DNA of 64,000 bases from an uncultured Phenylobacterium sp. (GTDB lineage: Bacteria; Pseudomonadota; Alphaproteobacteria; Caulobacterales; Caulobacteraceae), in contig CAZERE010000001.1 in NCBI GenBank assembly GCA_964515365.1, positions 14,181 through 78,180 of the forward strand, in the 5' to 3' direction. Both the position numbers and the translations under genes were made by a program. The notes beneath the pieces are model-generated. The model had not been told where the DNA came from and searched no databases. It saw nothing but the letters and a program-made list of their open reading frames with translations. This document shows, piece by piece, positions 1 to 10,011 of this stretch; positions within the stretch are counted from its first letter, which is position 1, and the number at the start of each line of letters is the position of its first letter.

Positions 1-168
1 ATCGAGCAGGACCAGGTCGATCCGCCGCCGGGCCGCCAGGCGATCATAGGCCGGCACGTCGGGGCAGGCGCCCACCTCGTACCCCTCGCGCGCCAGCAGG
101 CCGACGGTCAGGTCGCGGATCTCGGAGTCGTCCTCGACGACGGCGATGAAGGTGTTGTCTTGGCTCAT
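1..168 (-). CDS. Response regulator, N-terminal receiver domain (probably OmpR family); truncated by window edge
   Basis: Manual translation from ATG at 168 gives MSQDNTFIAVVEDDSEIRDLTVGLLAREGYEV...IDLVLLD, with the receiver VVEDD and DLVLLD motifs. Confidence 0.85.
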   Translation of the reverse strand, partial: MSQDNTFIAVVEDDSEIRDLTVGLLAREGYEVGACPDVPAYDRLAARRRIDLVLLD

Positions 169-226
169 GACGGTGAGGTCCACGCTGCCCGACGAGAGCG
201 CCGCCGCCTAGGCCCAAGACGCAGGC

Positions 227-263
227 GTTACACTTCGTCACGCAAGGCCACGGGTCGGTCACA
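227..263. promoter_or_regulatory. Four tandem GTnACA-like direct repeats (OmpR/PhoB-type binding array)
   Basis: GTTACA(227), GTCACG(237), GCCACG(247), GTCACA(258); period 10/10/11 bp, between divergent genes. Confidence 0.6.
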
Positions 264-334
264 GGGGGGTTTCGGAGCCACCTTCTGATGGGGCCATCGA
301 CGGACACCCGTCCCCCTCATCGAAGGAGCCCAAC

Positions 335-748
335 ATGTTCACCCGCAACACCATCCTCGCCGCCGGCGCCTGGACCAGCCTGGCCGCCTTGCTGGTCGCC
401 CTCCCCGCCGAAGCCGGCCAGCATGGGCGCACCCGCGCCGTTCAAGGGCCGTACGGCGCCGGCTATGTTCAGTCGCGCCAGGTGAGCCGCCAGCCTGGCG
501 CGGTCAGCGTGCAGAAAAGCATCCAGACCCATGGCGGCTATGGCGCCGCCCATAGCCGCAACGCCGCCTGGGCGGATGGCCTCTATCAGGGCGGGGCCAG
601 CCACACCTTCAACAACGGCGCCTCGGCCGGTCGTTCCACCACCGTCCAGGACAATGGGGACGGCTCGATCAGCTACGCCCGCGCCCGCACCGGCCTTCAG
701 GGCCAAACCTCGACGGTGACCGGGACCGTCCAGCGGCCGCCGCAATAG
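335..748 (+). CDS. Secreted Gly/Ser/Thr/Gln-rich hypothetical protein
   Basis: AAGGAG RBS; signal peptide ending AEA; repeated beta-hairpin-like segments. Confidence 0.75.
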   Translation: MFTRNTILAAGAWTSLAALLVALPAEAGQHGRTRAVQGPYGAGYVQSRQVSRQPGAVSVQKSIQTHGGYGAAHSRNAAWADGLYQGGASHTFNNGASAGRSTTVQDNGDGSISYARARTGLQGQTSTVTGTVQRPPQ

Positions 749-806
749 CCATCGGCCATCGCAAGATCATCCCCAGATCGCCCCACGACCATCAAAGGAC
801 CCGCCC

Positions 807-1229
807 ATGAAGCGCCTCACCCTGCTCGCCCTCGGCTTCGCCGTGCTGGCCACCCCCGCCCTCGCCCAGATGCGGGGCCAGGACCCTTTCGCCGATGCGG
901 ACATCAACCGTGACGGCCAGATCACCATCGCGGAGTACCAGGCCAGTCGCGCGGCCCGGTTCGACCGCCTTGACCGCGACCGGGATGGCGTCATCCGCAT
1001 GCAGGACTTCCCCCGGATCGCCCACCGGGGCGACCGTGGCGCGGATCTGGAACGCATGATCTCGGCCGCCGACCGCAATCGCGACGGCGCCCTGACCCGG
1101 CAGGAGATGCTGGCCTCGCCGCCGGTCGCCTTCGCCATGGCCGACGCCAATGACGACGGGGTTCTGACCGCCGCCGAGAGGGATGGCGCCAAGGCGCGCC
1201 TGCAGCAGATGCGGTCGGCCAGACGCTGA
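807..1229 (+). CDS. Secreted EF-hand calcium-binding protein
   Basis: Signal peptide (ALA-Q); four EF-hand loops DINRDG, DRDRDG, DRNRDG, DANDDG. Confidence 0.9.
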   Translation: MKRLTLLALGFAVLATPALAQMRGQDPFADADINRDGQITIAEYQASRAARFDRLDRDRDGVIRMQDFPRIAHRGDRGADLERMISAADRNRDGALTRQEMLASPPVAFAMADANDDGVLTAAERDGAKARLQQMRSARR

Positions 1230-1247
1230 GGACCGAGGGGCGCTGGC

Positions 1248-2384
1248 CTACCAGTCGACGGCGGCGCGCAGGGTCAGCAGGGTCTCATCTGTGACGCCGG
1301 CTGAGGCGTCCTCGACCCTGGCCTGGATCAGGTTGGCCGAGAGGCGCAGGCGGGTGACCGGCAGCCAGTTGATCACCGCCCCATAGGTGGTCATCTCGCC
1401 GCCGGCGATCCCTCCGTCGTCGAGGTCGAGGCGGCTGGCCCTCAGGCCGGTCTCCAGGGCGCCGAAGCCACCCTGGCCCCAGGGCCGATCGGGGCGCACC
1501 CGGCCGAACGTGCCCGAGGCGACGTCATAGGACCGCGCCTCGCCGGTCCAACGCCAGGCGACCTGGGCCGACCAGCCGGAGAAGCGCGGGCTGACCTCCG
1601 GTCCGTCGTAATCCATGGCGCCGCCCTCGCCCTGCAGGGTCAGCGGTCCGAGACCGAAGCCGGCCTCCAGGCCGAGAAACCGCGCCTCGTCGGCCGCGAA
1701 CCTGCCGGTGTCCAGGGCGCGCGGAACCCGACCGGTCTCGGGCCGCTGCGAGAGACGCACGGTGGGGTCCTGGGACGAGGTGTCCAGGTGATAAGTCGAT
1801 GCGCCCAGATGCAGCGCCGCCTCGCCAGGCAGCAGATCGCCATAGGCGCGCAGGGCCAACAGCCGAGCCCCGCCAGCTTCCCCGTCAACAGCGCTGTCCT
1901 CGGCCTCGCCGAACACGCCGCCCTGCAGACCCCAGCGCTCCCGCGCATAGTTGGCGGCTACCCCCACCCGCCGCCCCGGCGCGAAGGCGCCGACGAAGGA
2001 CGAGCGTTCCAGGAACAGGGTCTGGGTGTCCGAGGTCAGATCCTCGTTGGTGACCGGCGCCTTGAAGTGGCCCACGACGAGCTCGAGCGAAGGCGTCGCC
2101 TGATAGGCCAGGGTGACGTCCTGGAGCACCACCTCGGGCCCGCTGAAGTCGGCTTCCACCACGTATGACACGGCCTCCGAGAGGTCGCCCTCGACGCCCA
2201 GATAGAGCCTGCGCAGCTCTCCGCCGGTGAGGGTGGAGCCCTCGTCATTGTTTGCCGCCAGGGCGTCGAACTGCGCCCGGCCCCTCAGGTTCGGTCCTTC
2301 GGACGCAGAGGCGACGGCGGTGGCCACGGGCGACAGACCCAGGACCAGACCTGTCCCAAGGATCGATGGAATCTTGCAGGGCAT
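1248..2384 (-). CDS. OprO/OprP-family porin
   Basis: Signal peptide, ELRRLYLG, LFLERS, GALETGLR motifs, terminal W; GGAGG RBS. Confidence 0.85.
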   Translation of the reverse strand: MPCKIPSILGTGLVLGLSPVATAVASASEGPNLRGRAQFDALAANNDEGSTLTGGELRRLYLGVEGDLSEAVSYVVEADFSGPEVVLQDVTLAYQATPSLELVVGHFKAPVTNEDLTSDTQTLFLERSSFVGAFAPGRRVGVAANYARERWGLQGGVFGEAEDSAVDGEAGGARLLALRAYGDLLPGEAALHLGASTYHLDTSSQDPTVRLSQRPETGRVPRALDTGRFAADEARFLGLEAGFGLGPLTLQGEGGAMDYDGPEVSPRFSGWSAQVAWRWTGEARSYDVASGTFGRVRPDRPWGQGGFGALETGLRASRLDLDDGGIAGGEMTTYGAVINWLPVTRLRLSANLIQARVEDASAGVTDETLLTLRAAVDW

Positions 2385-2481
2385 TCCTCCCTATACAGAC
2401 GAAATGGCGCCGAAGCCACAGGACCTGCGTCGCGGAATCCGCCTCGCCGGAAAGGCTTTGCCGTGACGCCTTCGACTGCTA

Positions 2482-2498
2482 TTGCGAACGACTTTCAT
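2482..2498. promoter_or_regulatory. Fur-type iron box
   Basis: TTGCGAACGACTTTCAT, about 30 bp upstream of the siderophore receptor; 12/17 identical to the reverse complement of the 4751 box. Confidence 0.65.
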
Positions 2499-2527
2499 AA
2501 TCGCTCGCGACTCCCAAGGCTCCTCTC

Positions 2528-4684
2528 ATGTCCGCCATCAAGACCCTTCTTTCCGGCGCCAGCGCCCTGGCCTTCGTTCTCGCCGGCGCCCCGGCTGCCC
2601 TGGCCCAGGGGGTCGAGGTGGACGAACTGGTGGTCACCGGCTCCCAGGTCGAACTGGCGCCCGTCTATGCCGGCGGTCAGGTGGCCCGCGGCGGGCGGGT
2701 GGGCCTGTTCGGCGCCCTGGACGTGATGGACACCCCCTTCTCGGCCACCAACTACACCGAAGAACTGGTGCGCAATCAGCAGGCCACCGGCGTCGGCGAC
2801 GTGCTGAAGAACGAGCCCACCGTCCGCGTCGCCAAGGGGTTCGGCAACTTCCAGGAGCTCTACGTCGTCCGTGGTTTCCCGGTCTATTCCGACGACATGA
2901 CCTATAACGGCGTCTACGGCGTCCTGCCCCGGCAGTTCGTGGCCGCCGAGCTGATCGAGCGGCTGGAGGTCTTCCGCGGCGCCAACTCCTTCCTGAACGG
3001 CGCGGCGCCCGGCGGCAGCGGCATTGGCGGGGCCTTCAACCTGGTGCCCAAGCGCGCGCCGCAAGGCCCGCTGACCCGGGCCACGGTCGGCTACGAGAAC
3101 GAGGGCGCCCTCTATGGCGCCCTGGACGTGGCCCGCCGCTTCGGCGCGACCGAGGACTTCGGCGTGCGGCTGAACCTGGTCAAGCGGGACGGCGAGACCT
3201 CGGTCGCCGATCAGGATCGCGACCTGTCGGTGGCGGCCCTGGGCCTGGATTATGAGGGCGAGCGCCTGCGCTTTTCCGCCGACCTTGGGTTCCAGGATCA
3301 CCGCATCGACGCCCCGCGCCCCAGCGTGACGCCCAACGGCGCCGTGCCCGCCGCCCCCTCGGCGGACGCCAACTTCGCCCAGCCCTGGACCTTCACCGAC
3401 GAGCGCCAGCTGTTTGGCGTGGTGCGCGGCGAGTTCGACCTGAACGCCAATGTCTCCCTGTGGGCCGCCCTGGGCGGCCGGGACGGCGAGGAGGAGAATG
3501 TGCTGGCCAATCCCAACGCCGCGGCGGACGGGACCACCAGCGCCTACCGCTTCGACAATCGCCGCGAGGACGAGATCATCTCGGCCGATGCGGGCGTCCG
3601 GGCCGACTTCGCCACCGGCGGCCTGGAGCATCGCGTCGTCGTCTCGGCCTCGGCCATCCAGTCGAAGTCGCGCAACGCCTACGCCTTCTCCAACTTCGCG
3701 GGCTTCGCCGGCGACCTCTACAATCCCGTGGCCGTCGCGCCGCCGACTCCGGACTTCTTCGTCGGCGGCGTGCTGTCCGATCCCAATGTCACCGAAAAGG
3801 TCGAGAACCGCAGCCTGGCCATCGCCGACATGGTCACCCTGATGGACGGTCGCCTGATCGCCACCCTGGGCGCCCGTTACCAGGAGATCGAAACCACCAC
3901 GTTCAACTACGACACCGGCGCGCTGGATTCTCAGTATGCCGACGACGCCATCACCCCGGCCGTCGGCCTGGTGTTCAAGCCGTCCGACGCGATCTCGGTC
4001 TACGCCAACTATGCCGAGGCCCTGACGCCGGGCCAGATCGCGCCCGGCACGGTGGGCGGCGTCCCGATCCTCAATCCCGGGGACATCACCGCCCCCTTCC
4101 GCAGCAAGCAGTACGAAGCCGGCGTGAAGTATGACGGCGGGACCTTCGGCGGCACGGTGTCCCTGTTCAGCATCAGCCAGCCCAGCGCCATCGTCGACAA
4201 TCTGCTCTTCGTGGTCGATGGCGAGCAGGTCAACCAGGGGATCGAGCTCAGCGCCTATGGCGAACCGGCCCCGGGCCTGCGGGTGCTGGGCGGGGCGACC
4301 TTCGTCGACGCCGAGCGCAAGCGCACCGAGGGTGGCGCCTTCGACGGCAAGACGGCCATCGGCGTCCCGGACTTCCAGGCCAACCTCAATGTCGAATACG
4401 ACCTGCCCGCCGTTCCCGGCCTGACGGTCGATGGACGGATCGTCCACACCGGCTCGCAATATGTGAACGCCGCCAACACGGTGAGCCTGGACGCCTGGAC
4501 CCGCCTGGACCTGGGCGCCCGCTACAGCCTGGACGTCTCGGGCAGGCCGGTCACCCTGCGCGCCCGGGTGGAGAACGTCACCGACGAGAACGACTGGCTG
4601 TCGGCCGGCGGCTATCCCGGGGCCAACTATCTGGTGCTAGGCGCGCCGCGCACCTTCATCGTGTCGGCCTCGGTCGATTTCTGA
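2528..4684 (+). CDS. TonB-dependent siderophore receptor
   Basis: Signal peptide, TonB box ELVVTG, plug YVVRGF...ERLEVFRGANS, terminal F. Confidence 0.95.
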   Translation: MSAIKTLLSGASALAFVLAGAPAALAQGVEVDELVVTGSQVELAPVYAGGQVARGGRVGLFGALDVMDTPFSATNYTEELVRNQQATGVGDVLKNEPTVRVAKGFGNFQELYVVRGFPVYSDDMTYNGVYGVLPRQFVAAELIERLEVFRGANSFLNGAAPGGSGIGGAFNLVPKRAPQGPLTRATVGYENEGALYGALDVARRFGATEDFGVRLNLVKRDGETSVADQDRDLSVAALGLDYEGERLRFSADLGFQDHRIDAPRPSVTPNGAVPAAPSADANFAQPWTFTDERQLFGVVRGEFDLNANVSLWAALGGRDGEEENVLANPNAAADGTTSAYRFDNRREDEIISADAGVRADFATGGLEHRVVVSASAIQSKSRNAYAFSNFAGFAGDLYNPVAVAPPTPDFFVGGVLSDPNVTEKVENRSLAIADMVTLMDGRLIATLGARYQEIETTTFNYDTGALDSQYADDAITPAVGLVFKPSDAISVYANYAEALTPGQIAPGTVGGVPILNPGDITAPFRSKQYEAGVKYDGGTFGGTVSLFSISQPSAIVDNLLFVVDGEQVNQGIELSAYGEPAPGLRVLGGATFVDAERKRTEGGAFDGKTAIGVPDFQANLNVEYDLPAVPGLTVDGRIVHTGSQYVNAANTVSLDAWTRLDLGARYSLDVSGRPVTLRARVENVTDENDWLSAGGYPGANYLVLGAPRTFIVSASVDF

Positions 4685-4750
4685 TCATCAGGCCGTAGTC
4701 TGCGGGGCGCGACGGCATGGTTCGTTGCGTCCCGACGCAGAAGGGCTTAG

Positions 4751-4767
4751 TTGAAAGCAATTCTCAA
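4751..4767. promoter_or_regulatory. Fur-type iron box
   Basis: Imperfect palindrome TTGAAAGCAATTCTCAA upstream of the PepSY gene. Confidence 0.7.
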
Positions 4768-4797
4768 CCGCATCCCCGTCCGCCAAGCCGTTCCCGC

Positions 4798-5946
4798 ATG
4801 ACTCGCAACACCGTCCGCGCCTGGTCTGTCGTCCACAAATGGACCAGCCTCGTCTCGACGGCCTTCATGCTGATGCTTTGCGTCACCGGCCTGCCGCTGA
4901 TCTTCCATCACGAGATCGATGACGCCCTGGGGACCCACGGAACCTATGAGGCGCCGCCGCTGGGCACGCCGACGCTCAGCCTGGACACCATGCTGGCCAC
5001 GGCCCTGGCCGACCGCGGCGATGAAGTGCCGCTCTATCTGAGCTTCGACGAAGACCGGCCTGTGGTGAACTTCACCACCGGCCCTCAGCCGGACGCCACC
5101 GACAAGGCGATGCATTTCGCGTCCTTCGACTGGACCAGCGCCACAGCCCTGCCGCCCCACCCCGAGGGCGGGGTGATGGACTTCATCCTGAAGCTGCACA
5201 CCGACATGTTCCTGGGCCTGCCGGGCATGCTGTTCCTGGGCTTCATGGGGCTGGTGGTGTTCGCCGCCATCGTCTCCGGGGTCGTTCTGTATGCGCCCTT
5301 CATGCGCAAGCTGGACTTCGGGGTCGTGCGGGTCACCCGGTCTTCGCGGGTCAAATGGCTCGACTATCACAACCTGCTGGGCGTGGTGACGGTGGCCTGG
5401 CTCAGCGTCGTGACCCTGACCGGCGCCATCAACACCCTGTCGACGCCGATCATCGAGCTCTGGCAGGCCGACCAGCTGTCGGAGATGACGGCGCCCTATA
5501 GGGGCCTGCCGCCGGCGCGCGCCGAGGCCTCCATCCAGGAGGCGGTGGACACCGCCCTGGCCGCCGCGCCCGGCATGCGTGTGCAGTTCGTCGCCTTCCC
5601 GGGCGTGGCCTATTCCACCGAGCACCACTACGCGGTCTTCATGCAGGGGGCGACGCCGCTCACCAAACACCTGCTGACCCCGGCCCTGATCGACGCGCGC
5701 ACCGGCGAGCTGAGCGCCATCCGGCCGATGCCCTGGTACGCCCAGGCCCTGCTGCTGTCGGGGCCGCTGCACTTCGGCGACTATGGCGGCCTGCCGCTGA
5801 AGATCCTCTGGGCCCTGCTCGACATCGCCACCATCGTGGTCCTGGTCAGCGGCCTTTACCTGTGGCTCAGCCGTCGGCGCGCGCCGGCCACCGATCCGGT
5901 GGTCGCCCAGCTTCGCGATCGGCCGGCCCTGGCGCCGGCCGAATGA
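4798..5946 (+). CDS. PepSY-associated TM helix protein (iron-regulated membrane protein)
   Basis: VHKWTSL, LHTDMFLG, YHNLLG, PLHFGDYGG; start re-called at ATG 4798, downstream of the Fur box. Confidence 0.9.
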   Translation: MTRNTVRAWSVVHKWTSLVSTAFMLMLCVTGLPLIFHHEIDDALGTHGTYEAPPLGTPTLSLDTMLATALADRGDEVPLYLSFDEDRPVVNFTTGPQPDATDKAMHFASFDWTSATALPPHPEGGVMDFILKLHTDMFLGLPGMLFLGFMGLVVFAAIVSGVVLYAPFMRKLDFGVVRVTRSSRVKWLDYHNLLGVVTVAWLSVVTLTGAINTLSTPIIELWQADQLSEMTAPYRGLPPARAEASIQEAVDTALAAAPGMRVQFVAFPGVAYSTEHHYAVFMQGATPLTKHLLTPALIDARTGELSAIRPMPWYAQALLLSGPLHFGDYGGLPLKILWALLDIATIVVLVSGLYLWLSRRRAPATDPVVAQLRDRPALAPAE

Positions 5947-6137
5947 GCATGAGCCGCGCCTCGAGCCGCGCCAATCTGTGGCGCACCTTCGCCGCCCCGC
6001 TGCTGATCCTGGCCGCCAGCATCATCGGCCTGGTGGCCGCCCTGGTGGCCAATGGCCTGGGTGACTGGATTTCATGGGCCGCGCTGAGCGTGCCCGTGGC
6101 GGCGATCATCTGGGGCCGCGTTCGCCGCAGCCGGTAG
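5943..6137 (+). CDS. Small two-TM membrane protein coupled to the PepSY gene
   Basis: ATGA overlap with the PepSY stop; two hydrophobic helices around GLGDW. Confidence 0.75.
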   Translation: MSMSRASSRANLWRTFAAPLLILAASIIGLVAALVANGLGDWISWAALSVPVAAIIWGRVRRSR

Positions 6138-6216
6138 GCGCGATCCTCTCGCCAAGACTCGACGTGCGCCTTAGCAAGTTGGCCTGCCGCCGCCGCGCAT
6201 CTCGTCAGGTCAGGTC

Positions 6217-7592
<1,376 letters not shown>

Positions 7593-7596
<4 letters not shown>

Positions 7597-8951
7597 CGCG
7601 CCTCGCCCAGCAGGCCTGCGATCCCCGCCAAGGCCTCGGCCAACACCTCCTGCCGACCGGGCGCGCCCAGGGAGATGCGGACGCCATTGGCGGCCGCCGG
7701 CCCCACCGCGAAAGCCTCGGCGCTGACCAGGGCGAGGCCGCGCGCCTTCGCCGCCGCCCGCAGGCGCACAGCGCTCCAGTCGGCCGGCAGAGGCAGCCAG
7801 ACATGGATGGCCTCAGGAGAGCCCTGCGCCGCCGGCAGGCGCGCCGCAGCCAGGGCGCGGCGGTCAGCCGCCTCGGCCCGGACCCCGGCCAGCAGGGCCT
7901 CGGCCGTCCCGTCCCGGATCCAGCTGGCCGCCACCGCCGACATCAGCGGCGCAGGCATGCCCGCCAGGCTGCGCACCGCCTCGACCGCCGGCGCCCCCCG
8001 ATCGCCTTCGGGAGCCACCAGGAAGGCGAGACGCAGGCCAGGGGCCAGGCACTTGGACAGGGTGGCGATGTGGAAACTGCGCTCCGGCGCCAGGGTCGCA
8101 AGGCCTGGAGGAGGATCGGCCATCAAGCGGCTATAGGGGTCATCCTCGATGATCCAGAGGTCGTGGTCCGTCGCGATCTGGGCGATCTCCTGGCGCCTGG
8201 TCAGCGGCATGGTGACCCCGGTGGGGTTCTGCATGGTCGGGATGACATAGAGCGCGGCGGGACGCTCCCGGCGGCAGATCGACGCCAGGGCGTCTGGCGC
8301 AAGCCCCTCGGCGTCCGTCGGGCAGGCGATCAGCCGAACCCCGAGCTGATCTGCGATGGCGAGCATGCCGGGATAGGTCAGGGGCTCGACCACCAGGGTT
8401 CCGCCGTGGCCCACCAGGCTCCAGACCAGGGCCGACAGCGCCGCCTGGGCGCCGGGACAGACCTGAACCCGCTCGGGCGCCACCGCCCCCAGCACCGGCG
8501 CGAGCCAGGCGGCGCCGGCCGCCCGCTGGCCCAGGGCGCCTAGGCCGGGGTGATAGGCCATCAGGGTCGCCGCATCGGTCCTCTGCAGCACTTCCGCCGT
8601 CGTCGCCTTGAGGCTGGCCGCGATGGACAGGCCCCGGGGCGGGGGCGGCAGGTTCATGCCAAGATCGACGAGGCCGACCTCGTCCTCCTTCGCCAGACGT
8701 CGGACGAAGGTGCCCCGGCCTACAGCGCCATCCACCAGGCCTCGGCGCCGCGCCACGCCATAGGCCCGGGTCACGGTGGTGAGATCAACGCCCATCAGGG
8801 CGGCCACAGTCCGTTGCGGCGGCAACTGGTCGCCCGGCTGCAACTCCCCGGTCCGGATGGCGGTTTCCAGGGCTTCGGCGAGGGCGAGATAGATCGGCGC
8901 GCCGCCGCCCTTGGGCGCATGACGGAGCCAGGGGATGTGGCGGATTGTCAT
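7593..8951 (-). CDS. MocR/GabR-family regulator (GntR HTH plus PLP aminotransferase-like domain)
   Basis: GDQLPPQR...TVTRAY...GRGTFV HTH; QNPTG, IIEDDPY, TLSKCLAPGLR; start re-called at ATG 8951. Confidence 0.92.
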
Positions 8952-8974
8952 GGTGGATTGAAGTCCCGAGCCGA

Positions 8975-9025
8975 TATCCATACATTAGATCACAATTGTA
9001 TGGATACAAGCTCGCTTTGTATGGA
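8975..9025. promoter_or_regulatory. MocR-type operator (one inverted and two direct repeats)
   Basis: TATCCATACA(8975-8984) and TGTATGGATA(8997-9006) form a perfect inverted repeat; TTGTATGGA recurs at 9017-9025. Confidence 0.75.
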
Positions 9026-9034
9026 GCCACCAGG

Positions 9035-9463
9035 ATGGCGGAATCCTTCGATCACCCCTCGAGCCTCAGCGCCGGCCTTCGCTGCCGCTGTCCGAACTGC
9101 GGCCAGGGCAAGCTGTTCAAGGGCTACCTGACCCTGGCCGAGGGCTGCGATCACTGCGGCCTGGACTACGGCTTCGCCGATCCCGCCGACGGCCCGGCCT
9201 TCTTTGTGATGAGCGGCGTCGGCGTCATCGTCACCACGCTCTGGGCCATTTGGGCGGTGATGGCCCAACCGCCGATCTGGGCGCAGCTCGCCGTGGCCTT
9301 CCCGGCCATGATCGGCGGGTGCCTGGGCACGCTTCGGCCGGTCAAGGCCTGGCTGGTGGCCGAACAGTTCGTCCACAAGGCCGGCGACGCCGAGTTCGTC
9401 AGCATCGGCAAGCACGGTGAGGGCGGCTTCACCCGGGACCGCCGCAAAGCCTCAGGGGGCTAA
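9035..9463 (+). CDS. DUF983-family membrane protein with CxxC zinc-finger-like N-terminus
   Basis: RCPNCGQGKLFKGYL..CDHCGLDY...DPADGPAFF plus two TM helices; GGAG RBS. Confidence 0.88.
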   Translation: MAESFDHPSSLSAGLRCRCPNCGQGKLFKGYLTLAEGCDHCGLDYGFADPADGPAFFVMSGVGVIVTTLWAIWAVMAQPPIWAQLAVAFPAMIGGCLGTLRPVKAWLVAEQFVHKAGDAEFVSIGKHGEGGFTRDRRKASGG

Positions 9464-9517
9464 AAACCCCGCTGCAAATTAACCTGCTGTTTGGCAAAGC
9501 GCACCACGCCTCTCCCC

Positions 9518-9718
9518 ATGGGTAGAGATGACGTGACCTTGGAAGAGCGATTCAAGTCGGCGGTGCGGCGGGCCTATGACGCGGCAGGCGTCCGCCTGCA
9601 GGAGCACCATGCCGCCTCCCTGGCCAGCGTCTATGCCGCCTGGGCCGAAGGGGCCGACGACGGGGTGGTTGCGCGGGTCGAGCGCGCCCTCGCCTCCTCG
9701 CTGGGCGTGAGGGCCTAG
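9518..9718 (+). CDS. Small hypothetical protein
   Basis: ORF with host-like codon usage filling the gap; start uncertain. Confidence 0.5.
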   Translation: MGRDDVTLEERFKSAVRRAYDAAGVRLQEHHAASLASVYAAWAEGADDGVVARVERALASSLGVRA

Positions 9719-9724
9719 GCGCGC

Positions 9725-9901
9725 CTAGCGGTCGCCCTTGTCGCCCTGGCCAGGTTCGACCTTGGTCTTGGCGCTCTGCCGCTGGTCGGCGGCGAGCGAT
9801 TTGCCAACGTCCACCACCTTCTTGAATCGCCCCTCTTCGTCCCGGCGGACGTAGCGCTTGTCGCCAGGGGTGGGCTCGATCAGTTCACGTTTGTTGGCCA
9901 T
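9725..9901 (-). CDS. Small hydrophilic protein, probably general-stress induced
   Basis: AGGAG RBS; MANKRELIEPTPGDKRYVRRDEEGRF...PGQGDKGDR; SigT-type promoter upstream. Confidence 0.8.
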   Translation of the reverse strand: MANKRELIEPTPGDKRYVRRDEEGRFKKVVDVGKSLAADQRQSAKTKVEPGQGDKGDR

Positions 9902-9925
9902 GGGAGGTCTCCTTCCTGGAAGTCG

Positions 9926-9950
9926 AATCCGCGTGCGGGCGGGTGGTTCC
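9926..9950 (-). promoter_or_regulatory. SigT/EcfG-type promoter
   Basis: GGAAC-N16-GATT on the minus strand. Confidence 0.65.
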
Positions 9951-10011
9951 CTGCGGCCCTCGCCCCATGGCGACCTCGCGCGGCGCGACATGTGAGGCTA
10001 GAGAGGGCGCG

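Noticed and set aside
2397-2427. FecI-type TCGTCT element upstream of the porin
   Set aside because: Does not match the spacing or sequence of the 43463/46971 motif; single weak instance.
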